Below, piece after piece: positions 1 to 9,200 of a DNA stretch of 28,253 nt. The translations under genes and the position numbers were made by a program. Within the stretch, counting starts at the first letter, position 1; each line of letters opens with the position of its first letter. The stretch lies in the IMG/VR virus record IMGVR_UViG_3300027608_000017. One strand, 5' to 3'. The stretch is from a virus (taxonomy: Duplodnaviria > Heunggongvirae > Uroviricota > Caudoviricetes). The notes beneath the pieces were generated by a model. It was given only the letters and a program-made list of their open reading frames with translations. It was not told the DNA's origin and did no database searches.

Positions 1-1
1 A

Positions 2-385
2 GCAGAATCAGGGCAGTTGGTGTTCAACAAAGAGTTGACATGGCAGGCGTTGTGTTTGGCGAAACATTACAACGCCGATGCGGATTACATGTACCACATC
101 GTTTACGGTGACAAGGACACTTTCCCTGCTGCGATGCACCGACTCGGCTTGCCTTACTCGCGAATGAATCTGAAGTGCAGGTTCAACGGGCCGGGAATCC
201 AACAACTCGACCAAAATGGCGAGACGCTGTTCAACCATCGAATCCATGACAAGTTCAGAATCTTCTCAACAAAATTTGACAGCACCAGTCAGCGTGGCGT
301 GTCGCATCAGTTCGCCACCGGGTGGCTTCACGAACATTTCTGCCACGATGTCCTGAAGGAGTTGAGCAAAAAATGGGGGAACTGA
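2..385 (+). CDS. Glycosyltransferase, GT71/MNN2-like mannosyltransferase, C-terminal part (5' truncated by window edge)
   Basis: Frame is open from base 2: AESGQLVFNK...YHIVYGDKDTF...LFNHR. ESGQL and GDK[DE]TF are motifs of MNN2/Mannosyl_trans3-like enzymes. Confidence 0.65.
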   Translation, partial: AESGQLVFNKELTWQALCLAKHYNADADYMYHIVYGDKDTFPAAMHRLGLPYSRMNLKCRFNGPGIQQLDQNGETLFNHRIHDKFRIFSTKFDSTSQRGVSHQFATGWLHEHFCHDVLKELSKKWGN

Positions 386-711
386 TTCAGAAGCCGTGGG
401 GGAACTACGTCGATCACCACCGCTCACCGGAGTGCGTCTTCAAAATCATCACGGTGAATCCTCACGCTCGTTTGTCGCTGCAATATCATCTCGGGCGATC
501 TGAGGTTTGGCTGTGCCTATCCGGTGTCGGCGAAGCGGTCGCAGGTCATCAGACACAGCAACTCCAATCAGGCTGCAAGATCGAGATCGGTATTGGTGAA
601 ACCCATCAGTTGCGAAACGTCGGAGACGGGCCGTTGATTGTTGCAGAGATGCAGTGCGGTGAGTGCGACGAAAACGATATCGTCCGCATCGAAGACGATT
701 ACGGAAGGTGA
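373..711 (+). CDS. Mannose-6-phosphate isomerase type II-like cupin (standalone ManC C-terminal domain)
   Basis: KPWG, LSLQYHLGRSEVW, HQLRN, EMQCGECDENDIVRIEDDYGR match the PMI/GMP C-terminal cupin. ATG at 373 overlaps the upstream gene end. Confidence 0.85.
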   Translation: MGELIQKPWGNYVDHHRSPECVFKIITVNPHARLSLQYHLGRSEVWLCLSGVGEAVAGHQTQQLQSGCKIEIGIGETHQLRNVGDGPLIVAEMQCGECDENDIVRIEDDYGR

Positions 712-717
712 CTGACA

Positions 718-1371
718 GTGGGCGACAACACTTCATCGCAAGATCACTTCACATGGCAGCAGCAGCATGTCGTCGATGTCCGAGATTCGGCTTTCGCGGC
801 ACGCACTTACATCGAGCATCGTGATTTGCGGCGAGTGATCCTACAAGCACTCGGGCACGTCCCAGTCCGCACTCGTGCCGCTGAGTTTGGCTCTGGCTTC
901 GGCCGCATCACTCCCGTACTGACGGAATACGCTCTGTCGGTCACTGGCTTCGAGCGTGAGGCCGCGTTCATTACAGAGTCCAAGTCGCTCTTCCCCGATA
1001 TCTCCTTCGATCACGTTGAGTCCCTGTCTCGCGTCCCGGCTCCAGACGCATCATTCGACCTCGTTCTCACATTCACCGTACTCCAGCATTTGACGGACGA
1101 GTCCCTGCGACTCGTAGTGGCGGAAATCATCCGAGTCCTGCGTCCGTCAGGCGTGCTGATTCTGTGCGAAGAGACCGATGTCTCCCAGCGGACGGGCGAT
1201 GTGTTCGACCCGAACGGCATCTGTACGATAGGTCGTTCTGTAGACACGTATGCGAAGCTGCTCCAGCCACTCACGTTGTCTGCGACACACCCACGCCGAA
1301 TCGAGCCAACATATCCGAGATCGGAAGTTGGCACGTATATGACGTTTGTTAGACCGAGTCCACCAGTTTGA
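718..1371 (+). CDS. Class I SAM-dependent methyltransferase
   Basis: EFGSGFGR motif I, then FDLVLTFTVLQH and VLRPSGVLILCE, typical of Methyltransf_11/25. Confidence 0.85.
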   Translation: MGDNTSSQDHFTWQQQHVVDVRDSAFAARTYIEHRDLRRVILQALGHVPVRTRAAEFGSGFGRITPVLTEYALSVTGFEREAAFITESKSLFPDISFDHVESLSRVPAPDASFDLVLTFTVLQHLTDESLRLVVAEIIRVLRPSGVLILCEETDVSQRTGDVFDPNGICTIGRSVDTYAKLLQPLTLSATHPRRIEPTYPRSEVGTYMTFVRPSPPV

Positions 1372-1381
1372 AAGATTGAAG

Positions 1382-2182
1382 ATGCTCTCGCTCAATAAGG
1401 TCGCCAACGTCAACGACTTCGCCGATCAGGACTTCCTCAACAGCCTGCGAAAGTACGGCGCGTGCTGCGTGGCTCAATACCCGCTCATCCCGATTGAGCA
1501 GCAGCACCGCAAGGCATGGGAGGTGGGCATGGTCGTCCACGCCCTCGACCGACTGGGAGCGATCACGCCGACAGCGGAAATCCTCGGCATCGGTGTCGCG
1601 AAAGAGGAAACGATCAGCCTCTTGTCGCCGCACGTTAAGCGGCTGTTTGCCACGGATATCTACTGCGATCCGAACTCATGGGGTGACTGGCACGGCACAG
1701 ATTTGATGATCGACGCGAGTCGGTTTCTGGGTCAACCCTACAACCGACGCCGCGTCGTCTGGCAGCACGTTGACGGTCGCAGCCTGCCCTACGAAGACAA
1801 CTCGTTCGACGCGATCTTCTCTTGCAGTTCGTTTGAACACTTCGGGAGCGAGGCTGATATTCGACAGGCCATCGGCGAGGCATGTCGCGTCCTCAAGCCG
1901 GGTGGCGTGGCCGTGATTTCGACCGAGTTCAAAATCAGTGGGCCGCGCGACTGGTTTTGTAACGTCCAATTGTTCGACGCCGCGAGAATTCAACGGGTGT
2001 GGCTCGACGGGATCGGCTGGCAACTCACGTCGCCGCTCGATCTGACACTGGATGACACCGCGTACATCGACTACGAGCGCTCGATTCACGACGAGGCGTA
2101 CAAGCTCACTGCTCACCCGCACATCAAGCTCGACAACGGCGAGTTTCGATGGACGAGCATCAACCTGACACTCGTGAAGTGA
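1382..2182 (+). CDS. Class I SAM-dependent methyltransferase
   Basis: ILGIGVAKE, DGRSLPYEDNSFDAIFSCSSFEHFG, RVLKPGGVAVISTE. ATG at 1382 is preferred over TTG at 1346. Confidence 0.85.
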   Translation: MLSLNKVANVNDFADQDFLNSLRKYGACCVAQYPLIPIEQQHRKAWEVGMVVHALDRLGAITPTAEILGIGVAKEETISLLSPHVKRLFATDIYCDPNSWGDWHGTDLMIDASRFLGQPYNRRRVVWQHVDGRSLPYEDNSFDAIFSCSSFEHFGSEADIRQAIGEACRVLKPGGVAVISTEFKISGPRDWFCNVQLFDAARIQRVWLDGIGWQLTSPLDLTLDDTAYIDYERSIHDEAYKLTAHPHIKLDNGEFRWTSINLTLVK

Positions 2183-2410
2183 GTCAGACTCGAAGGCAAT
2201 TCGCTGAATCACAACCCGATCAGCGATCTGCACCAGCCCGCATTGCTTGCACGAGATGATCGGTGACGGAGCCGCTACCTGGGGGAGCTGGCACCGGCGG
2301 CACCTAATCACGACATCTTCGCCCGTCGAGGTCCGGACGATCTGGATCGTGACCGCGACCCCCCACGAAACGAGCATGGTTGCGAGGACGGCGAGGAGCG
2401 GCTTGAACAT
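1676..2410 (-). CDS. Possible membrane-anchored Zn-ribbon protein; the 3' two-thirds overlaps the methyltransferase gene antisense
   Basis: The first ~75 aa have a hydrophobic N-terminus and CRRC...CKQC. The remainder looks like a shadow frame. Confidence 0.25.
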   Translation of the reverse strand: MFKPLLAVLATMLVSWGVAVTIQIVRTSTGEDVVIRCRRCQLPQVAAPSPIISCKQCGLVQIADRVVIQRIAFESDSLHECQVDARPSKLAVVELDVRVSSELVRLVVNRALVVDVRGVIQCQIERRRELPADPVEPHPLNSRGVEQLDVTKPVARPTDFELGRNHGHATRLEDATCLADGLSNISLAPEVFKRTAREDRVERVVFVGQAATVNVLPDDAASVVGLTQKPTRVDHQICAVPVTP

Positions 2411-2531
2411 GACGGGCCGACTTGCTTGAGGAGTTTCGCGACGCGCTCACGGGCCGAATGGCGGTGGGCGAGGGCGCGATACTGCTCGCGGAAAGCAAGT
2501 AAACCGACAAAATCCAGACTTTCGGAAAAAA

Positions 2532-2945
2532 CTACCACTTGCCGATCGGGCACTTGGCGGTGGGATGTGCAACCTTGGCCATCCAGCGCGAAGTGTTCTC
2601 TGCAATGCACTTGCAGCCGCAGAGCGTGCAGTGGGCGTCCACCAGCTTCGGGCAGGCGTTGCAGATGTCGAGCCGGGGCTGCATCTCCTCGTTCGTCAGC
2701 AGGCCGGGCCGGAGCGTCACGTAGCGCCAGACAGTCTGGGCCGAGACGCCAAGGAACGACGTGATCATCTCGCCCGTCGTCAGCGACCTGACGAGGACCG
2801 GCGGTGCCTCCTTCTCCGGCAAGGCGTCCAGCGGCGCGAAACCCCAGAGGGCGCGGCGCTTGTTGCACTTTTCCAGCGTCAGCCCTTCGCGCGTGCATTC
2901 GCAGATGTCGCGCACATGCCGGTGAATGTGATCGCAGTCGCCCAC
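2532..2945 (-). CDS. Cys-rich phage protein, DUF6171-like C-terminus
   Basis: RLDICNACPKL..CTLCGC...KCPIGKW pattern. GTG start at 2945 inferred; the upstream part of the listed 333-aa ORF is a shadow of + strand genes. Confidence 0.7.
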   Translation of the reverse strand: MGDCDHIHRHVRDICECTREGLTLEKCNKRRALWGFAPLDALPEKEAPPVLVRSLTTGEMITSFLGVSAQTVWRYVTLRPGLLTNEEMQPRLDICNACPKLVDAHCTLCGCKCIAENTSRWMAKVAHPTAKCPIGKW

Positions 2946-2989
2946 GGTGCGTCCCCGCCCTGTTGATTTCTTCTGAATAAAAGAAGATT

Positions 2990-3032
2990 CTACGCGATTC
3001 TGTTGAACCTGAAAGTGGAATCGGCGTAGTAA
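2990..3032 (+). promoter_or_regulatory. Inverted repeat (ctacgc-gattc ... gaatc-g-gcgtag) overlapping a candidate promoter TTGAAC-N18-TAGTAA
   Basis: AT-rich divergent intergenic region between 2945(-) and 3314(+). Hexamers at 3003-3008 and 3027-3032. Confidence 0.4.
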
Positions 3033-3111
3033 GGGGTCAGTCAGCCCCGGTGAGCCGCACGAGCCTTGGCGAGAGGATGCCCTCCCTGTTCCTCGATCTT
3101 TCAGTCGCTGC

Positions 3112-3151
3112 CCCACTCCAGCGATGCCCATCGGCGGCGAGTGGGTTTTTT
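3112..3151 (+). terminator. Intrinsic terminator-like hairpin
   Basis: CCCACTC...GAGTGGG stem with inner CGAT/ATCG pairing, followed directly by TTTTTT. Confidence 0.6.
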
Positions 3152-3313
3152 CAAAATGGTGGATTCGGCAAAGGCAAAGCGTCGGTTTGCTAATGCCGTC
3201 TGTGTACCGCGTCCACGCCTGCGAGGATGCACAGTCGCCACCGCCCGTTTGGCTGGACCGGATAAACAGCCGTTTTTTCAGTCGAAAGTCGCCCCAAAGA
3301 AAGGAATCGTCGC

Positions 3314-3670
3314 GTGGATTTTTTCGACGCCCTCGCCAGCCTGTTCGGCTACGTCCCCAAGGCCGACTCCGACGACCAACTGCGGCGGCTGCGCGAGTCG
3401 CTCGCCTCACTGGCGGACGCGGAGTCACGGGCCTGCCGCGCGGAGGATGCCCTCTTCGCCAAGAGCGCCGTGATCGACTCGCTCTACGAAGCCCTCCTGC
3501 CGGGAGAGGAGGCCCCCGAGCAACTCGGCGCACTCGTAGCCGACATCAAGGATCAGTGGCGGGCCATTCGCCACGAAGCGGCCGAGATGCGGTCTCGTGC
3601 GCTGTCTGTCTCTCAGATCGCAGCCGACATCGCCCAGATCAAGCAGCAAGTCGCCCTCATCGTCTACTAA
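3314..3670 (+). CDS. Hypothetical coiled-coil protein
   Basis: AAGGA RBS upstream of GTG; helical, amphipathic 118-aa product. Confidence 0.7.
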   Translation: MDFFDALASLFGYVPKADSDDQLRRLRESLASLADAESRACRAEDALFAKSAVIDSLYEALLPGEEAPEQLGALVADIKDQWRAIRHEAAEMRSRALSVSQIAADIAQIKQQVALIVY

Positions 3671-3684
3671 ACGGAGTTGCCGCT

Positions 3685-4026
3685 TTGTCCACCACTCACA
3701 AGCCCTGCGAAGCCGTCTGGCACAACAAGGTCCGTCTCGACTGCTGCCCCGCTTGGCAGGACTTCACCACGTTCTCTGCATGGGTGAAGACGAGCCGTGA
3801 CTTCCGCTCACTGCGCAGGCGAAACGAGTCGCTCCCTTACTCGCCGGGAAATTGCTTCTGGGCAAACAACACGCCGCGCGGTGACGCCTTCATCGAGAAG
3901 GTGATCGCGTTGCGGGAGTCGCTCCTCGGCGAGTCTCGCGAGCAGGCGGAAGACTGGTTCGTCACTGTGTCCCATCAGCGGCGCTACTTCTGGTTCAACG
4001 AGAACAAAGGCAAGGTGGCATCGTGA
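3685..4026 (+). CDS. Degenerate HNH/homing-endonuclease-related phage protein
   Basis: CPAWQDFTTFSAW...SLRRRNESLPYSPGNCFWA resembles the C..W..F..F...S[IL]DRIDN...Y.P.NC.WA family. GGAG RBS before TTG 3685. Confidence 0.55.
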   Translation: MSTTHKPCEAVWHNKVRLDCCPAWQDFTTFSAWVKTSRDFRSLRRRNESLPYSPGNCFWANNTPRGDAFIEKVIALRESLLGESREQAEDWFVTVSHQRRYFWFNENKGKVAS

Positions 4027-4340
4027 CACAAAATACGTTCGGAGAACACGCTTGGGCGTTCGCCGAGGAAGCGATTGCAGCATTACCTGACGGAATTCTG
4101 TCGGCCGGGATCGGGAACGATCTCGTGAAACAAAGCGGGTTCTCGCACCGTGAGGTTCTCGGCCTGATGCAGCCAGTGATTGAGCATTTGATCGACGGAG
4201 GAGCAAACAAGCTGGGGCTGGGCGACCTGGATGTTTACGCGAGGCGGCGAGGCAAGGCGATTGATTTTGGAACGCGGCTGGATTTCGAGGAACTGGGGTG
4301 GTCGATTTTGTGCGACACACTTGATGCGGGTGAAGCATGA
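4023..4340 (+). CDS. Hypothetical protein
   Basis: GTGA and ATGA overlaps couple it to both neighbours; protein-like composition. Confidence 0.65.
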   Translation: MTQNTFGEHAWAFAEEAIAALPDGILSAGIGNDLVKQSGFSHREVLGLMQPVIEHLIDGGANKLGLGDLDVYARRRGKAIDFGTRLDFEELGWSILCDTLDAGEA

Positions 4341-4810
4341 AGCGCGGCAAGCGCACGGAACGACAGTCGTCCCTCGTGGCACTACGTCGCCAGCAGTGCT
4401 GTGCGTACCGCGAGCAAAGCGAGGGTGAATGCGAAGTCGCGCACGTCCTTGAGAAGTCGCCCGAGTACGTGAAGTTCTCGGCCAACCACTGCCTGCCGTG
4501 GCTGGAGGTCCACCATCTCTACGGCCGCGGCAACGAGGCCAGCGAGTGCTTTGAAAACTACCTGCTCGTCGAGAAGTCCTGTCACGACTTCGGACATGAC
4601 CTCTCACCCCGAGGCTTCGAGTTGGCCTGCCTCTACGTGAAACTCGTCGAGCAGCGGGCTGACAGAACCGTCCTCGAAAAGCTGTGCGGCATGGCCAGCC
4701 TCGAAGGTCGGATCGCCTATCTCGCGAACGACCAGACCGAGTTCTTCACCGGGCTGGCGAAAGATTTGATGTGGTTTCTGGAAGGCGGTGGCGAGCGTCA
4801 TGGCAAATAA
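4337..4810 (+). CDS. HNH-like nuclease domain protein
   Basis: LEVHHLYGRG...ENYLLVEKSCHDFGH fits the beta-beta-alpha-metal H-N-H pattern. Confidence 0.6.
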   Translation: MKRGKRTERQSSLVALRRQQCCAYREQSEGECEVAHVLEKSPEYVKFSANHCLPWLEVHHLYGRGNEASECFENYLLVEKSCHDFGHDLSPRGFELACLYVKLVEQRADRTVLEKLCGMASLEGRIAYLANDQTEFFTGLAKDLMWFLEGGGERHGK

Positions 4811-5453
4811 CACGAACACGCTTTTCGACAGAGATGAGTATCGAGTGAAGCCTGATGTTGTGCGTTCGCTCTATTGTGAGCAGGACGACATCCTGTTTGC
4901 GATCCGAGACCTGCATTGCCCTGACGGCTTTGATTGTGACATGACTTTCGGAAACGGCATGTTTTGGAAAAACCTGCCTCGCCCGAAACACTGCTTCGAC
5001 GTGACGCCATTGCATCACGGCGTGGTTCAGGCGGATTCACGCGCCCTGCCGTTGCCCAGAGAGAGTCTTTCGAGTGCCGTTTTTGATCCGCCGTTCTTGA
5101 CCTACGTGAAAGAAGGACGGGACCACAAAGGCGGCGCGGTGGCGATGACGGCCCGCTTCGGCGGGTACTACAGCTACGCAGACCTAGAGGACCACTACCG
5201 CGACACGATCAGCGAGGCGTACCGCGTGCTGAAGCGGAAAGGCAAACTGATCTTCAAGTGTCAGGACATCGTTCATAATCACCGGCTGCACTGCACGCAC
5301 GTCAAGGTCATCAACATGGCCGAGAGCGAGGGCTTTCGGGTGCGAGACATGTTCGTGCTTGGGGCAAAGTCGCGGATGCCGGGTCCGCAAGCTGGCCAGC
5401 AGCGACACGCGAGGGTGTGGCATTCGTACTTCTTGGTTCTGGAGAAGAACTAG
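4800..5453 (+). CDS. Small phage amino (N6A/N4C) DNA methyltransferase
   Basis: DMTFGNG (motif I-like) and AVFDPPFL (motif IV DPPF), followed by EAYRVLKRKGKLIFKCQD. Confidence 0.75.
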   Translation: MANNTNTLFDRDEYRVKPDVVRSLYCEQDDILFAIRDLHCPDGFDCDMTFGNGMFWKNLPRPKHCFDVTPLHHGVVQADSRALPLPRESLSSAVFDPPFLTYVKEGRDHKGGAVAMTARFGGYYSYADLEDHYRDTISEAYRVLKRKGKLIFKCQDIVHNHRLHCTHVKVINMAESEGFRVRDMFVLGAKSRMPGPQAGQQRHARVWHSYFLVLEKN

Positions 5454-5484
5454 CAGGCGACTCTCTTAATGAAGGCGGTGCCGC

Positions 5485-5688
5485 GTGAAACTCGAAGAAA
5501 TCATCGTCGGGCAATACTACTGGTGCTGCGACCGTATCGCTGGTGGCGAAGCTCGGCGGTCTCTCGTGAAAGCCGTCATTCCGCCGCGCGAACACTCCGA
5601 GTTCCACTCGGGCGGTTTTGTCGTCCTCCAAGGCCGGTCTGCCCGAGCGATCCCGGTGGCCTGCGTCATGGCGAAGGTCGTGTGGTAG
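5485..5688 (+). CDS. Small hypothetical protein
   Basis: 67-aa ORF in operon orientation with GAAGG upstream; beta-rich, possibly SH3-like. Confidence 0.5.
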   Translation: MKLEEIIVGQYYWCCDRIAGGEARRSLVKAVIPPREHSEFHSGGFVVLQGRSARAIPVACVMAKVVW

Positions 5689-5692
5689 CCGA

Positions 5693-6184
5693 TCACGTCA
5701 CCCCGGCACAAACCACAATCGTCACTGAGGCCGTGGCGTGAGCGCTGGCGAGATCGAGCGTTCTGAGGGAGGCCGAGATCGCGGCGCTCGAAGGGTTGTG
5801 GATCAATGCCTCGCCACCCGGTGTGAGCGACAGCCCCAAGCCCAGCGCGGCGTAGCCGTTCGCGGCCCCCGGCACGATCGTCACCAACGCCGTGTTCGTA
5901 GACGCGGCCTTGATGTGGATCGACCGCACCTTGAGTCCCGTCAGGTTCACCGTCGGCAGCGAGGTCCGCGTCAGCGCCGCCAGATTCACCGTGGCGACAC
6001 CGGCCGCGAGCGTGATCGTGTTCGACCAGCCCTGTGTGACATCGACCGCCGAGCTGGCGCTGTAGTTGTACGGCATCCCCGTGATTCCGTAGGTGATGAC
6101 GGGATCCGTGGCGGCGACCGCGTTGTCGAGTACGATGGTTTCTTTGACAAGCAGTTGGATCGCAATCGAGGCTTTGGCCGACAT
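5693..6184 (-). CDS. Ala/Thr/Val-rich beta-strand protein, possibly virion structural
   Basis: Composition typical of phage structural proteins. GGAG spacing favours ATG 6184 over 6193. A TAGAAT -10-like hexamer lies at 6235-6230. Confidence 0.65.
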   Translation of the reverse strand: MSAKASIAIQLLVKETIVLDNAVAATDPVITYGITGMPYNYSASSAVDVTQGWSNTITLAAGVATVNLAALTRTSLPTVNLTGLKVRSIHIKAASTNTALVTIVPGAANGYAALGLGLSLTPGGEALIHNPSSAAISASLRTLDLASAHATASVTIVVCAGVT

Positions 6185-6249
6185 CTCTGGCATCTCCGCA
6201 GGCGGGCTTCGTTCAGAACAGTTTCTGGGATTCTACTACGCAAGCAGCG

Positions 6250-9200
6250 TTACGACACCGCGACTTTGACGCCGAACAGGAACTCGTGCGCCGTGGCGAG
6301 GTCGCGGCTGAAGTTGAACTTCTGCTTGGCTGGGTCAAACGTCTTGTTGAACGGCGACTTGACCTGATGCGGCTGGAACGGAATCCAGACGCTATGCTCG
6401 CGCTGGTTGTACTTTCCTCCGTTGTCCCGAATGCCGTCGTAGCCGTGCTGCTGGAGCGTCTGCGTCACCCAATCGGGGATGCTCGTCCAAGCGTGGGTCG
6501 TGTTGTTGGCTCTGTCGTCCGCCAGTCGCGACATGAAGTCTTTACCGCTGACGTGCCGCTTGTCCCATTGATCGGCCCCGCTCCCCTTCTTGCCTCGCTG
6601 TCGCTTCGCGGCTTGCGCGATCGCCGCGTGAACCTCGTCAGGAATCGCCGTCGTGTGGAGCGGGTTCTTGATGCTGAGGTGCATCGGGAAAATGGCCGGG
6701 TACTCGGCGTGTGGGTCGTGATGCTGCGCGCCTTCGACTCCGGCGTGCTTGAGGACATCCAGAAAACGATGCTCCTGCCCGTACAGCGAGCCGCTGTCCA
6801 GCCATGAGTCAACCAGTGCCTTCAGGGCGTTGCCGCGATGCTCCTTGATGGCGTGATCGTATCCACCGTTCCCCCTGAGATGGCCCTCGGGTCTGACCTC
6901 AAAGTTCTCGCCGGTCTCATCGTCGGTCGAAATTCGCGGCGCGAGTGCGGCAATCTTCGCCCGCTGTTCATGCGGCATCGAGTGCCAAGCGCGGTCGATG
7001 TCCATTGGCTGGCGATAGCCCTGAACGGGCAGCTTGAAGTGCTGCGCGTAATTGTCGGGCATCTCCATGCTGGTGTCTTGCTTGCCCGTGGCGTAGCCCT
7101 TGGCGATTTCCGGGTCGTCAGTGAAGAACGCCATCGGCCCCGAGGTGGCCCGCTTAGGATCGAACTTGCCGGAACCGGAGATACGATCCGCGCGTCTGGC
7201 CCCGTGGTACACCATTTTGGGCGTCCCGTCTTCGTTAATGACTTGGCTCCCGTGGTGCCACGACTTGAACTCGGGGGCTTGCGTGTAATGCACCTGCGGC
7301 GGACTGATGTCCGGCAACTTCACTCGCGACTGGCGCGGCTTCTTGGTGGGTGCTGGCGTCGCCGGGGCTGCGGGGGCGGGTTGCGGCGCGGGCTGCGGCA
7401 TCACGGGCGCTGATCCAGCGGGAACCACGGCCTCATTGCGTGCGAACTCGACTCCGGGAAGGAGCGTGCGCAGGGCGGCGAACAACGCGCGGGAAAAGCT
7501 GGTCGTGTCGTCGCCCGTGACCTTAAACGCCTTACCGGGCTTCTCGCTGATGTGGGCGTGCAGCTTGTCCAGCGGCCAATTGCTGTTCACGGTGTAGAAC
7601 ACGGCCGAGCTGCCCTTTTTGTTGATGTGAACCACGCCTTCCCGGCTCCCGATCTTCCGCTTCAGCGAGGCCAACTGAGCTTCCGTCGCTCCCTTCGACC
7701 CCCAGTGCCCGCCCCAGGTGCCGTCGTCCTTGCGGAGTGACCGGACTTCGGGGCGTTTGGTGGACTCGCGACTGCCCGACAGTTCGTGCGACGACAGCAC
7801 GCCGAACAGGTTGTCGAACGCCGCGTTGATCGACTTCCGTTCGTCACCGCTGGCTTCCGGGTACGGCTTGACGCCGAACATGCGGTACTCAGGCAAATCA
7901 TTGTGCTTCTCGTAGGCGAGGAAGTCATCGCGACCCTTGTTGCCCTTGATCTTGTCGTAGATGTACGACTCGAAGGCGCGGGCCGCCAATTCGTGGTCTT
8001 TGGCCCAGTAGTCCGCCTTGGTCCCGCGATCCATCTTCTCGGCTTCGCTCAGGAACTCGGAGCGGACGCTCTTGGTCTTCTCCTTCTGCTCGGCCGCATC
8101 CGCCAGACGGCCCTTGGATGTGGCATGGCTGGTCCGCGCCGACTCGATCTCGGCGACAAGGCCACTGAGTTTCCCGTCCGTAGCCGAGTAGCCCTTGTTG
8201 CCCCGCAGTGCCTTATGGAGATCGGACAGCTTGGCGACGTTGGCAGCCATCGAATGACCCCACTTCAGCGAGCGGCTGTTGGCGGGGGTGTCTGCGGAAC
8301 TCTGCCCGTGACGGATCATCTCGCCGCCTTCTCCCGCCAGAATCTTCGCCGACAACTCATCGACCTGCTTCAGTACCTCGTCGCTGGCCGGGAGACCGCG
8401 CTTGCCCTTGTAGTGCTGATAGCCGGTGGTCTTGCTGTAGTCGAAGGCCATCTGCCTGCGGAACTCGTCCAGCTTCCGCTGGATCGTCTCCAGATTCTGG
8501 GTGTGGTACTTCTCGTGACTGCTCGCATCTTCCTTGTACTTCATCGGCCGCGTCTTGATCGCGGACATGACCTGCGTCATCGCCTCGGCGACTTCCTTGC
8601 GGAAACCTGCCTTGGAGCCGTAAGCCCGCAGCCCACTCGATGCGTAATCGTCCTCGGCGGCCCCGCCCGTCTTGACCGTCGCGGCCCCGTCCTCGCCCGC
8701 TGTCCAGTCGCTCGACGCCTTGCCGTTCAGCCGTCCCACCCAATGGTCGAGCGCGTGCATCCACTCGTGAGCCAGCGATCCAGCCCCGTGCATCTTCGTC
8801 AGGTTGATCACGACGCCCTTGCGGTTGTAGTGCGCCCGTGCCCCAGTCAGCCCCTTGCCGTGTGAGCCGAACCCGAGACCCAAGTCCCCATCCAGTGACA
8901 GCGACTTCGCCGGAACCCCGAGGATGTCGGCCATGTCGGTGAGCGAGTCGTAGGCATGGTTCAGGATGTGTTGCCGTTCGGGCGAGTTGTTCCAGTTGCC
9001 GAACGTGACGCCCCGGAAGCCGAACTTCTGGAAGTCCGACACGTCGGCGTCTTTGCCACCCAGCCGATGCGTCTGGCCCTCGCGCACGATCTCTTCCAAG
9101 CGGGGATGGATCGAGTCCGTCAGGGCCGTCTTGGTCTCGATCAGCGACTTGGCGTTGAACGCCATGTACTTCATTGCCTCATCCTTGGACGCGAACCCGT

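Noticed and set aside
2532-3533. 333-aa - strand ORF at full length
   Set aside because: The N-terminal ~195 aa are Arg-rich shadow sequence across the intergenic region. Only 2532-2945 is retained.
3124-4026. 300-aa + strand ORF as a single gene
   Set aside because: The 5' part overlaps the terminator and the better-supported 3314-3670 gene. Only 3685-4026 looks coding.
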